The position numbers and the translations under genes are program-made. Under the pieces are notes generated by a model that saw only the letters and a program-made list of their open reading frames with translations, did no database searches and was not told where the DNA came from. Shown here in pieces: positions 34,771-43,961 of a stretch of DNA of 56,679 bases (within the stretch, counting starts at the first letter, position 1; each line of letters begins with the position of its first letter). The stretch spans positions 1 through 56,679 of the forward strand of contig JAFGLQ010000041.1 in NCBI GenBank assembly GCA_016928015.1, read 5' to 3'. The stretch is from Dehalococcoidaceae bacterium (lineage in GTDB: Bacteria; Chloroflexota; Dehalococcoidia; Dehalococcoidales; CSSed11-197).

Positions 34771-36141
34771 CTACTTAAACAGCTTCTCCACATCGTGGAC
34801 AAAACTAATCGGGGTGACAATGACAACATGGTCTCCGGGTTCGACCAGGGTTTCGCTTGGCGGTAGAAAGACATCATTGCCGCGTACGATGGCGGCGGCA
34901 ACTGCCTCAGGCGGCAGGCCAGCATCGCTAATCTTACGGTTGGTAATGTGAGCAGTGGCGCTGGCCATGAATTCGATGGCTTCCAGTTTTTCGCCTTCCA
35001 GCAGAGCGGTCGCTACAGCGCCGCCGTGCAGTACGAAACGAGTTATTTCATCTGCGGCCAGCAGAGTAGGTAAAGCGGCTACATCTACGCCGATAGCTTC
35101 GGCAAGGGGTATGTAGCCAGCGTTATTGATTACTACCATACTACGTGGCACCCCCAGTTTTTTAGCCAGCAGGGCGCTCAGGATATTGAGTTCATCGTTC
35201 ATGGTAGTGGCTACATAGGCATCGGCTGTGGGGACGCCATGCTCGGTCAGGAAATCACGGTTGGTACCTGAACCATGGATTATTTCCACATTGTCCAGTT
35301 TGGCAGCCAGATCCTCGGCTTTGGCAGCATCACTTTCGATCAGGCGTACTTTAGCGCCACGGCGAGCCAATCCTTCTGCAGTCAGGTAGCCGATCCGGTC
35401 TCCTCCCAGGATGACAATTTTTTTAGCCGGACGCTGTGGAGTGCTCAACAGTTGCCCCAGTTCGTTCATGTGGTCTTTAACCGCCGCCAGATAAAGAGAG
35501 TCGTCCTTTTCGATCAGAGCATCATTCTTGGCGGATACGAGCTCCCCCTGCCGGATTATGGTGGCTATGACTGCCGGGTGAGGCAGCTTTTTAATAACCT
35601 GGGCAATAGTCAACCCAACCAGGCTTTCATCTTCAATCCTGAATTCACGGATTTGAATCATACCGCCGGCAAAATTTTCCATAGGGGTCGAATACAGGCT
35701 TGAGAGGATGGCGATTATTTCCTGTGCGGCAGTCATTTCCGGGTTTATAAACACGTCGATCCCCAGTTTCTTGGGCCTGATAATCCTTCTCGGGGAAAGC
35801 GGTGATTTGCCGCCGGAAACGAAATACACCGAAAAATCAGGGTTGCGGATTCGCGCAGCCGTAGTTGAAGCACCAAGTTCCTTGGACATAAAGCAGGTTA
35901 TCATATTGGTTTCATCATTATTGGTAACCGCCAGCACCAGGTCTGCCCGCTCTACTTCTGCCTGTTTCAATGTCTTGGGTGTAGCCGAGTGGCCCTGAAT
36001 GGTTTTTACATCCATCTGATGGCGGATTTTATCCAGCGCTTCACTGGATTGTTCTATTACCAGGACCTCGTGGCCCTCCTCGGTCAGCAGGGAAGCTATA
36101 TGCGAGCCGATGATACCGCCACCGGCGACTATAATATACAT
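34771..36141 (-). CDS. trkA: Trk system NAD-binding subunit TrkA
   Basis: 456 aa. Two tandem RCK_N Rossmann units (IIVAGGGIIGSHIA and IVILGGDRIGYLTA), each followed by an RCK_C domain. Confidence 0.85.
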   Translation of the reverse strand: MYIIVAGGGIIGSHIASLLTEEGHEVLVIEQSSEALDKIRHQMDVKTIQGHSATPKTLKQAEVERADLVLAVTNNDETNMITCFMSKELGASTTAARIRNPDFSVYFVSGGKSPLSPRRIIRPKKLGIDVFINPEMTAAQEIIAILSSLYSTPMENFAGGMIQIREFRIEDESLVGLTIAQVIKKLPHPAVIATIIRQGELVSAKNDALIEKDDSLYLAAVKDHMNELGQLLSTPQRPAKKIVILGGDRIGYLTAEGLARRGAKVRLIESDAAKAEDLAAKLDNVEIIHGSGTNRDFLTEHGVPTADAYVATTMNDELNILSALLAKKLGVPRSMVVINNAGYIPLAEAIGVDVAALPTLLAADEITRFVLHGGAVATALLEGEKLEAIEFMASATAHITNRKISDAGLPPEAVAAAIVRGNDVFLPPSETLVEPGDHVVIVTPISFVHDVEKLFK

Positions 36142-36274
36142 TCAATTTCCATCCAATTCATTTATTCGTTTGAAGCAGTTGCCACCCGTCAGCCAGCCGG
36201 GCAAAGGGTTCAGCAGTGTTGAATTTTAGGCTCTCACACGACGCCTGTCAATAGCCGCACCCGGCTTTTTCAGG

Positions 36275-36303
36275 TTGAAGTGCTTTGGGATTCAGCGTAA
36301 AAT
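36275..36303 (+). promoter_or_regulatory. candidate sigma70-type promoter
   Basis: TTGAAG (36275-36280), a 17-nt spacer, then TAAAAT (36298-36303), 40 nt upstream of the ATG at 36343. Confidence 0.4.
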
Positions 36304-36342
36304 TAGCCTGTATCGCAGTTCATTCCATTTGAGAGGTGAAGG

Positions 36343-36582
36343 ATGGAACAGAATTATACCTCCGAGCAGCAGGCGAGCGAGTTAAACAAGCTGATGGCAA
36401 TAGCCAGTGACACCCAACTGTCGGCTGATATACGTTCGCGGGCAATTAAATCCATGGGCAGCATCGGCAGCCACGAAGCACTGCTGTGCCTGCTGGAGAT
36501 TGTTGCCAATGACGGCAATTCCACCAGGGAGCGGGAGATGGCCCTCAAACAGGCTGGTTCCATTGTAAAACGCGGTCGGTAA
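36343..36582 (+). CDS. small HEAT-repeat-like protein
   Basis: 79 aa. The sequence IRSRAIKSMGSIGSHEALLCLLEIVANDGN..REREMALKQAG resembles PBS-lyase/HEAT_2 repeats. GAGAGGTGAAGG Shine-Dalgarno. Confidence 0.5.
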   Translation: MEQNYTSEQQASELNKLMAIASDTQLSADIRSRAIKSMGSIGSHEALLCLLEIVANDGNSTREREMALKQAGSIVKRGR

Positions 36583-36609
36583 ATGATTAAAGAAAAGGGT
36601 TAAAACGTA

Positions 36610-37707
36610 ATGAGCCTGAATATCGGCATAATCGGCCTCGAAATGAGCGGTCGAACCACTATTTTTAATTGCCTGACAAGCTCCGGGGCAGATACCGGGC
36701 GCTCAAGGCAGGAGGAGCACATCGGCATCGCCCGCGTACCCGATGAGCGTGTTGACAGGTTGAAGGAACTGTTCAAATCCAGAAAAGCGGTTTACGCCGA
36801 GGTCAAATATGTTGACCTCGGCGCTTCACTGAAAAGTGCTGCCAGGGATTTCAACCTTAGCGGCAAACTCCTTTCGGAACTGGGAGCCGCCGATGCGCTT
36901 TTATGCGTGGTGCGCAGTTTCAAGGATGAATCCGTACCGCACCCTCAGGGGAGCGTCGATCCAGCCAGAGATATTGAGGCCATGGAGCTCGAGCTTAATT
37001 TTTCCGACCTGGCTATTATCGAAAGAAGGCTTGAACGGCTTGGAATTCAGCTCAAAAGCGCCCGCTCAACAGAGCGTCCCGGCCTGGAGGCGGAAGCCGG
37101 ATTGCTCGGGCGTATAAAGAAAGAACTTGAAGCGGGTACGCCTCTGCGGCGCCAGCCCCTGATTGAAAGTGAACTTAAAACCATTTCAAGCTACCAGTTT
37201 CTGAGCCTGAAGCCCCTGCTGACCGTGGTAAATACAGGCGAGGAAGACCTGGGCAGCACTGTTGAGATGGAAGAAGCTTTGAACAGACGGTTCGGCGATA
37301 AATGCCACCGGATTCTTGCCCTTGCCGGTAAGCTGGAAATGGAACTTGCCGGCCTGGATGAAACGAGCCGCCAGGACTTCCTTTCGGATTTTAACATTGC
37401 CGAGCCCGGCCTGCAAAAGGTACTCCGGGCTTCGTTTGACCTGCTGGGCCTGATTTCATTTTTAACCACCGGGGAAGACGAGAGCCGTGCCTGGCCGATA
37501 CCCAGAGGCATCAGCGCCCCACAGGCAGCCGGACGGGTTCACAGCGATATTGAAAGGGGTTTTATCCGCGCGGAAGTTGTGTCATACCCCGACCTGATGC
37601 GTCTGGGCAGTTACCCGGCTGTAAAAAAGGAAGGCCTGTTCAGGGTGGAAGGCAAGAACTATATTGTGCAGGATGGGGATGTAATCAATTTCCTGTTCAA
37701 CGTATAG
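36610..37707 (+). CDS. ychF: YchF/OLA1-family ribosome-binding ATPase homologue with degenerate nucleotide-binding motifs
   Basis: 365 aa. The C-terminal TGS/DUF933 region is canonical (APQAAGRVHSDIERGFIRAEVVSYPDL...RVEGKNYIVQDGDVINFLFNV). The N-terminal P-loop reads GIIGLEMSGRTT instead of G(L)PNVGKST. Confidence 0.75.
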   Translation: MSLNIGIIGLEMSGRTTIFNCLTSSGADTGRSRQEEHIGIARVPDERVDRLKELFKSRKAVYAEVKYVDLGASLKSAARDFNLSGKLLSELGAADALLCVVRSFKDESVPHPQGSVDPARDIEAMELELNFSDLAIIERRLERLGIQLKSARSTERPGLEAEAGLLGRIKKELEAGTPLRRQPLIESELKTISSYQFLSLKPLLTVVNTGEEDLGSTVEMEEALNRRFGDKCHRILALAGKLEMELAGLDETSRQDFLSDFNIAEPGLQKVLRASFDLLGLISFLTTGEDESRAWPIPRGISAPQAAGRVHSDIERGFIRAEVVSYPDLMRLGSYPAVKKEGLFRVEGKNYIVQDGDVINFLFNV

Positions 37708-37740
37708 TTGTGCACAGGCTCCGGGTCGTTTAACCATGCT

Positions 37741-39189
37741 TCAATGGTTCCGGTCGTTGCCGGCCTGATTTTCCCGCCATACCTGGTCCGGGCCGGCGCT
37801 TCCTTTAAGGTAATCATCAATATCCCGGGCAGCCTTCCTGGCTGCCCCCATGGCGCTGATTACCGTTGCTGAGCCGGTTACCACATCGCCCCCGGCCCAT
37901 ACGCCGGGCCGTGTAGTACGGCCGGTAGTTTCATCACAGACCAGAGTGCCCCACCGGTTGACTTCCAGCCCTGGAGTAGAACGTGAGATAAGCGGGTTAG
38001 GGGTCGTACCCAGGGCGACTATGGCTACGTCCAGTTCCATCTGGAACTGACTGCCGTCCTGCGGTACCGGCCTTCGCCGGCCGCTTGAATCCGGCTCACC
38101 AAGTTTCATTCGTATGCATTCAACACCGGTGAGGTTTCGTTTCTCATCTCCTAAGAATCTTATCGGGTTAGCCAGGAATACAAACTCAATGCCTTCTTCA
38201 ACCGCATTTTCAACTTCCTCGCGCCTGGCTGGCATTTCAGCTTCCGAGCGCCGGTAAATTACGTAGACTTTATCAGCACCCAGTCTCAAAGCAGCCCGGG
38301 CAGCGTCCATGGCTACATTTCCACCACCGATAACAGCTACTCTTTTACCGGTTTTGACCGGTGTGTGGTAGGTGGGGAATTGATATGCGTGCATCAGGTT
38401 TACCCTGGTTAAAAACTCGTTGGCCGAGTATACACCGCTCAGATTCTCGCCGGGAATATGCATAAACAGCGGCAACCCTGCTCCGGTGCCGAGAAAAACG
38501 GCATCGAAGCGGCCCAGGAGTTCATCGACAGTTTCGGTTTTGCCAATAACGGTGTTAAGTTCAATGTCGACTCCCAGGTTCTTAACATTATTAACTTCCT
38601 CATCAACAATTGCCGACGGCAGGCGAAAATCGGGAATCCCGTATTTTAAAACTCCCCCGGGCGTGTGAAGGGATTCGAAAACTGTAACCCCATGGCCCAT
38701 GCGGGCCAGGTCGGCCGCGGCAGTTAGACCGGCAGGGCCGGCACCAACGACAGCAACTTTTTTACCGCTCGGGGCAGCACCGGGTACGGCAAAAACGGGA
38801 CTGTTTTGCATCCTTTCCCAGTCGGCAACGAAGCGCTCCAGGCGTCCAATAGCCACGGACTCACCTTTTTTATCCAGAATGCACAGCTGTTCGCACTGGG
38901 TTTCCTGCGGGCATACCCGGCCGCATATTCCGGGTAGGACATTATCCGACTTTAATATATTCACGGCTGCGGCGAAGTTTTCTTCGGTTATGGCTTTTAT
39001 GAAACCAGGAATATCAATGCCAACCGGACACCCATCAATACATTTGGCTTTTTTGCACTGCAGGCAGCGTGTGGCTTCGGCAACCGCCATTTGGGCAGTA
39101 TAACCGAGGGCGACTTCATCAAAGTTATGCCGGCGTTGCCGGGCGCTCTGGCGGGGAATGGCAGTTCTTGAAACGGGGCGCTCTTTCAT
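37741..39189 (-). CDS. nfnB: NADPH-dependent glutamate-synthase-beta-like oxidoreductase (NfnB/SudA type)
   Basis: 482 aa. N-terminal Cys clusters (CLQCKKAKCIDGCP, CGRVCPQETQCEQLC), two dinucleotide folds (VAVVGAGPAGL, VAVIGGGNVAMD), and a WAGGD segment. Confidence 0.8.
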   Translation of the reverse strand: MKERPVSRTAIPRQSARQRRHNFDEVALGYTAQMAVAEATRCLQCKKAKCIDGCPVGIDIPGFIKAITEENFAAAVNILKSDNVLPGICGRVCPQETQCEQLCILDKKGESVAIGRLERFVADWERMQNSPVFAVPGAAPSGKKVAVVGAGPAGLTAAADLARMGHGVTVFESLHTPGGVLKYGIPDFRLPSAIVDEEVNNVKNLGVDIELNTVIGKTETVDELLGRFDAVFLGTGAGLPLFMHIPGENLSGVYSANEFLTRVNLMHAYQFPTYHTPVKTGKRVAVIGGGNVAMDAARAALRLGADKVYVIYRRSEAEMPARREEVENAVEEGIEFVFLANPIRFLGDEKRNLTGVECIRMKLGEPDSSGRRRPVPQDGSQFQMELDVAIVALGTTPNPLISRSTPGLEVNRWGTLVCDETTGRTTRPGVWAGGDVVTGSATVISAMGAARKAARDIDDYLKGSAGPDQVWRENQAGNDRNH

Positions 39190-39192
39190 AAT

Positions 39193-40038
39193 CTAGCTCC
39201 GATGCCCCTGTTGTTCCCCTGCGGTGCACTGGTAGGAATATTTTTCCTGGTCCAGGTAGGTTGTCTGTCGGCTCATAAATTCATCCCAGTCAACCAGATG
39301 CCCGTCGAATTCAGGGCCTTCAACGCAAGCGAATTTGGTTTCATCTCCCACGCTTACCCGGCAGCAGCCGCACATGCCGGTACCGTCAACCATTATCGGG
39401 TTAAGGCTGACTATGGTCTTGACAGCATATGGCCGGGTGGTAAGCGAAGTAAACTTCATCATGGCTGTAGGGCCTATAGCGATCACACGGCTGATTGGCT
39501 CGCCGCTATCCAGGATTTCTTTTAACGGCTCGGTTACCAGCCCTTTGCGCTGATAAGAACCGTCATCGGTGGTAATTATCAATTCGTCACTGTCCTGCCG
39601 GAGTTCTTTTTCCCAGAACATCAGGTCCTTGTTTCTCACTCCCACAATAGTAACTATTCGGTTGCCGGCCTGTTTCAGGGAACGAATTATCGGCCTGATG
39701 ACAGCGATGGCGAAGCCGCCGGCAACGCAGACTACCGTGCCGAAACGCTCGATTTCAGTAGGGTGGCCCAGAGGCCCCGCCAGGTCGGCAACCGCATCTC
39801 CGGGTTTAAGACGGGATAAACTGCAGGTTGTGGTGCCGACCGCCATGAAGACAATTGTAATAGAGCCTTCTTCAACGTCCCAGTCGGCAATGGTAAGAGG
39901 AATGCGCTCTCCTTCCTGGTCAATCCTCAGGATGATAAACTGTCCTGCCCTGGCCTTGCGGGCGATCTGTGGAGCCTGCAATTTGAAAAGATAAATACCG
40001 GATGTTAATTTTTTTACTTGTAGAACCTTATACAACAC
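39193..40038 (-). CDS. nfnA: ferredoxin-NADP+ reductase-like subunit (NfnA/SudB, PyrK-like)
   Basis: 281 aa. FAD-binding barrel (GQFIILRI...RIPLTIAD), NAD fold (CVAGGFAIA), and a C-terminal 2Fe-2S Cys cluster (GMCGCCRV...CVEGPEF). GTG start, 3 nt upstream of nfnB. Confidence 0.8.
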   Translation of the reverse strand: MLYKVLQVKKLTSGIYLFKLQAPQIARKARAGQFIILRIDQEGERIPLTIADWDVEEGSITIVFMAVGTTTCSLSRLKPGDAVADLAGPLGHPTEIERFGTVVCVAGGFAIAVIRPIIRSLKQAGNRIVTIVGVRNKDLMFWEKELRQDSDELIITTDDGSYQRKGLVTEPLKEILDSGEPISRVIAIGPTAMMKFTSLTTRPYAVKTIVSLNPIMVDGTGMCGCCRVSVGDETKFACVEGPEFDGHLVDWDEFMSRQTTYLDQEKYSYQCTAGEQQGHRS

Positions 40039-40129
40039 TTGACCCCTTGCCCGGTTTATATAAAAGGGAAAACGGGTTCTTATTAAAACATTATTGGACT
40101 GATAAGTTCAAGTTAACAGGTTATATCGA

Positions 40130-40158
40130 TTGCTCCACCCGGTTGCAGAATGTATAAT
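40130..40158 (+). promoter_or_regulatory. candidate sigma70-type promoter of remA-gmk
   Basis: TTGCTC (40130-40135), a 17-nt spacer, then TATAAT (40153-40158). Confidence 0.4.
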
Positions 40159-40229
40159 AACTGGACCCATTCTTTCAAAAGGTTCAGGCCCGTTATCTTA
40201 TCAAATAATTCCGAAAAGGGGTAGTTTCG

Positions 40230-40526
40230 ATGGATGGAGAACTGGTACACATAGGTTTCGGCAACATTCTGGTAATGGATAAAGTCGTGGCAATCGCCGC
40301 TCCGGGCTCAGCTCCGATAAAAAGGGCCGTTCAGGATGCGAAAACCACCGGCAAATTGATTGATATGACCAGCGGGCGCAGGACGAAGGCGGTTATTTTT
40401 ACCGAAAGCAGTCATATCGTTCTGGCGGCGCTGGCTCCTGAAACCATTACAGGACGCCTGCAGGTGATGCGGGGAGGTACGGTAATCAAGCCGGAAACAG
40501 CAATGGTAGAGAAAGCGAGGAAATAA
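40230..40526 (+). CDS. remA: RemA/DUF370 family regulator
   Basis: 98 aa. The sequence HIGFGNILVMDKVVAIAAPGSAPIKR...GKLIDMTSGRRTKAVIFTESSHIVLAALAPETI matches RemA/YlzA. It lies upstream of gmk, as in many genomes. Confidence 0.8.
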   Translation: MDGELVHIGFGNILVMDKVVAIAAPGSAPIKRAVQDAKTTGKLIDMTSGRRTKAVIFTESSHIVLAALAPETITGRLQVMRGGTVIKPETAMVEKARK

Positions 40527-40540
40527 CTACGGAGATTCAA

Positions 40541-41143
40541 ATGACCGGTAACCGGCCGCTGGTGGTGGTCATATCAGGGCCATCCGGAGCGGGCAAGGAT
40601 ACGGTACTCAACCGCATGAAGGAGCGGGGGATTGAAGCGGATTTCATAGTGACCACCACCACCCGGCCGCGCCGGGATTATGAGGTCCACGGTGTCAGCT
40701 ACAATTTTGTAACCCCGCAGACTTTCGAGGAAATGATTAAAAACAACGATCTGCTTGAGTATGCCCAGGTTTACGGTAACTGGTACGGCGTGCCCAGGCG
40801 GGCGGTGCTGCAAGCTCTCGAGAGAGGGTCGGATGCTATAATAAAAGTTGATATTCAAGGCGCCGTCACCATTAAAAATAACCTACCGGGTGCCTGTTTC
40901 GTATTTATCACTCCCCCCAAAATTGCCGAATTGCCCGGCAGGCTGAAGAGGCGTAATACCGAAACGGAAACCGAAAGGGAGCTTCGGCTCAAGACCGCTG
41001 GGAGCGAATTCGATAAACTGCCCATATTCGATTATGTAGTACTCAACCCGGAAGGTGAAATTGATACTGCAGTGGAAGACGTGCTTGCCATTATCAGGGC
41101 GGAGAAGTTGAAAGCCGGCTCTGCTTTTAAAGGCTTGAATTAA
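40541..41143 (+). CDS. gmk: guanylate kinase
   Basis: 200 aa. P-loop ISGPSGAGKDT, plus TTRPRR..E..G..Y.FV and YGNWYG. Confidence 0.9.
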   Translation: MTGNRPLVVVISGPSGAGKDTVLNRMKERGIEADFIVTTTTRPRRDYEVHGVSYNFVTPQTFEEMIKNNDLLEYAQVYGNWYGVPRRAVLQALERGSDAIIKVDIQGAVTIKNNLPGACFVFITPPKIAELPGRLKRRNTETETERELRLKTAGSEFDKLPIFDYVVLNPEGEIDTAVEDVLAIIRAEKLKAGSAFKGLN

Positions 41144-42141
41144 ATAATCCGGCCGAGGATCCAGGAAAACAGGTGGCCCAGGCCGCCGCAAACCGGAAAT
41201 GTAATAACCCAGGCAGCCAGTATGTTGCCGGCTAATCCCCAGCGAACTGCAGAAAGCCGGCGGGTTGCCCCGACTCCCATGATAGATGAACTGATGCAGT
41301 GAGTTGTGCTTACGGGTATTCCCATTGCAGAAGCAATCTCAATCACTGTTGCCGCTGAAGCTTCGGCAGCAAACCCGTGAACCGGCCTCAAAGTTGTTAC
41401 TCTCATGCCCAGCGTTTTGATTACTTTCCAGCCGCCAAAAGCCGTGCCGGTGCTTATGGACAGGGCGGAAATAACGATTATCCACAGGGGGATGGATTCC
41501 CACAATTGCTGTTGTCCCGTATAAAATACAAATGCCATAGTTATAATACCGATAGGCATTTGCCCGTCGTTTTTACCATGGCTGTAGGCCATAAATGCGG
41601 CTGACACTATTTGCAATTTGCCGAATCTGGCCTGGACCTCGGTCGGAGTTTTTCGTCTGAACAGCCAGAACAGGGCCAGCATGAAAATAAAACCCCCGAT
41701 AAAACCAAGCAAAGGAGCCGTTCCTACGGCTGAGGCAACAGTGGCGATGATATTCCAGTTAACGGCCGAGGCGCCCGATGCGGCGACTCCGGCAGCCGCC
41801 AGGGCGGCTATGAAACCATGTGTCAAGCTTACCGGCAAGCCGTAGAAAGTGGCCGTGGCGGTCCAGATTATGACAGCGGCCAGTGCGGCAATTACGGTCT
41901 GATAAGAGATAGCTTCGGGTGTCAGAATACCCTTGCCGATTGTAATGGCTACCGCCGAGCCGGTTGCTGCTCCGAGCATATTGAAAACAGCCGCCAGCAT
42001 GACGGCTTTATGCGGGGAAAGGGTGCGGGTACCCACCACGGTGGCAATGGCATTGGCGGCATCGTTGAAACCGTTTACAATACCAAACCCGAGAGCCAGC
42101 ACGATAATGACTATCAGAGCCATTAGGGATGGCTCAGGCAT
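41140..42141 (-). CDS. pit: inorganic phosphate transporter (PiT family)
   Basis: 333 aa. PiT signature repeats GFNDAANAIATVVGT and HGKNDGQ...VSTTHCISSSIMGVG. Confidence 0.85.
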   Translation of the reverse strand: MPEPSLMALIVIIVLALGFGIVNGFNDAANAIATVVGTRTLSPHKAVMLAAVFNMLGAATGSAVAITIGKGILTPEAISYQTVIAALAAVIIWTATATFYGLPVSLTHGFIAALAAAGVAASGASAVNWNIIATVASAVGTAPLLGFIGGFIFMLALFWLFRRKTPTEVQARFGKLQIVSAAFMAYSHGKNDGQMPIGIITMAFVFYTGQQQLWESIPLWIIVISALSISTGTAFGGWKVIKTLGMRVTTLRPVHGFAAEASAATVIEIASAMGIPVSTTHCISSSIMGVGATRRLSAVRWGLAGNILAAWVITFPVCGGLGHLFSWILGRII

Positions 42142-42748
42142 TCTTAAGTGCTACTCCTTCCAAAACGTTGGCTACATCCTCACAACGGTCGGTGGCGGTT
42201 TCCAGGTGCTGGTATATTTCGCGCCATTTTATTACTTGCATGGCTTCGTTGTTGTCGTTAAAAAGTTCTGCCAGAGCCTGGCGGTATATCCGGTCGGCAA
42301 TATTTTCCAGCCGGTTTATTTCGACACAATGCGAGAGCATGTCTTTAAGATCGGACCGGTGTCTGAGCAGGGGAACTGCCTTCTGAATTTCAAAAGTTCC
42401 CTTTAATACGATTTCCGCCAGTTCCTGGCATTGGGGCGTGGGTTCGGTTATCCGGTAAAGGAACATGTCATCTGCGGCAGAGTGTATCAGGTCGGCAACA
42501 TCATCCATAGATTGGGCCAGAGTGGCGATATCTTCACGGTCGAACGGAGTGACGAACGTGCGGTGGAGAAGGGCTATTATTTCGTGGGTGATGCCGTCTC
42601 CCCGGTGTTCCAGGTCGGATATTTTTACTGAGCGGGCTTCAATGGAATCCCAGCTGAAAACCATGTCCTTCAACGCCCGAGCAATGTCTACCAGGTTGCT
42701 GGCGCTGGCTTCGAAAAGCCCGAAGAACTTCTTTTCCTGCGGAGTCAA
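42134..42748 (-). CDS. DUF47 / PhoU-like PiT accessory protein
   Basis: 204 aa, helical. It overlaps the pit start by 8 nt, and the DUF47-PiT pairing is a conserved arrangement. Confidence 0.75.
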   Translation of the reverse strand: MTPQEKKFFGLFEASASNLVDIARALKDMVFSWDSIEARSVKISDLEHRGDGITHEIIALLHRTFVTPFDREDIATLAQSMDDVADLIHSAADDMFLYRITEPTPQCQELAEIVLKGTFEIQKAVPLLRHRSDLKDMLSHCVEINRLENIADRIYRQALAELFNDNNEAMQVIKWREIYQHLETATDRCEDVANVLEGVALKNA

Positions 42749-42842
42749 ATTAAATTTAAATATGAAGCACCTCCTGGTTTATTCAGGCCTGCACTTTCAG
42801 TATAACCGCTGTCTTCCTGCCGCTGTCAATAGCCCGGGGTGT

Positions 42843-43430
42843 TCAAGCCAGGAAAAACCAGCGCATTATGTCTATAATACGGTCCAGGACCGGGTTCAAC
42901 AACCGGAAAGCAATCAGGAAAAACAGGGCAACCAAAAGACCTAAAACTGCCCCTCCGAGAATATCCAGGGGGTAATGGACCCCTACGTAAATCCGTGAAA
43001 GCCCTTGTATGCCTGCTATCGTTAGCAGAACAGCACCGGCTTTACGGTTGTAGAAGAATATTCCCCAGGCCAGTCCGAACAGAACCGAAGCCGAATTGGA
43101 TGGGAACGATGGATCCGTCGGCGCATAAAACAGAAGGTTGACATCCAGTTCTTCAAAAGGCCGCTGACGCACCCATATGTTGTTAATTATTTCCACCATG
43201 CCCTGAGATGTGCCGAGTGAAGCTGAGGCCACCATTACGCCTTTTTGCATATGGCGGCGGTTCCCGGGGTTACGTGTACCTGTCCACAGCGCCATCATAA
43301 TGAGGCAGCTTGCAATAATAACAAAATAGTCGTTGGCAATGGAAAGAACTACATTATCCAGAAAGGGTATGTGGCCGCTGAGGCCGTTGATCCACAGCAA
43401 TAAAGCGCGGTCAAATTCTAGCCACGCCAT
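42843..43430 (-). CDS. PAP2-family phosphatase (type 2 undecaprenyl-diphosphatase-like)
   Basis: 195 aa, membrane protein. Acid-phosphatase motifs RQRP, PSNSAS and SRIYVGVHYPLDILGG. Confidence 0.75.
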   Translation of the reverse strand: MAWLEFDRALLLWINGLSGHIPFLDNVVLSIANDYFVIIASCLIMMALWTGTRNPGNRRHMQKGVMVASASLGTSQGMVEIINNIWVRQRPFEELDVNLLFYAPTDPSFPSNSASVLFGLAWGIFFYNRKAGAVLLTIAGIQGLSRIYVGVHYPLDILGGAVLGLLVALFFLIAFRLLNPVLDRIIDIMRWFFLA

Positions 43431-43822
43431 TTGAAGTTCCTCAAACGTGCCATTATCGCCTGCAGGTAGGTCCGGCTTTTCAAAGCCTCGAATCCGTCCT
43501 CAAGCGGTGTATCGGCGGTTTTAAAACGCCTGTGGTTGGCGATGGAAGAGATGATTATATTCAGGGCGATGGCGCTTACTATCGCCAGCATGAACAGGAA
43601 AAACTGTTGACCTCCCTCTATTATGCCGGTCGGATTGCGCCAGTTCCAGGTAGCGATCGCTCCCAGGCAGGGAACCATGACAAACAGAGCCATAATGCAA
43701 TTGGCCTTAGGATTATGAATAAACATAATACCCTTGAGGCCGGCAAAACTCGAGGACAATTGAATAGTCGCAGTAGAAAGAAGCACTACCAGTCCGTAAT
43801 ATTCGAAAGCAAGTTCAAACAT
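43418..43822 (-). CDS. hypothetical membrane protein
   Basis: 134 aa with 4 hydrophobic helices. It overlaps the PAP2 gene start by 13 nt. No motif recognised. Confidence 0.45.
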   Translation of the reverse strand: MFELAFEYYGLVVLLSTATIQLSSSFAGLKGIMFIHNPKANCIMALFVMVPCLGAIATWNWRNPTGIIEGGQQFFLFMLAIVSAIALNIIISSIANHRRFKTADTPLEDGFEALKSRTYLQAIMARLRNFKWRG

Positions 43823-43961
43823 GATTTACAAATTAGAAAAATAGGCTTAAAGAATGCATAAATAATAGCCTAATAATACCGGTTGTGGCAATTTATCCGG
43901 TTTAGTGTATTAAGATAGAAATATCGTTGTTGTGTTAAAATAGCAAAAAAACCGGGGTATT

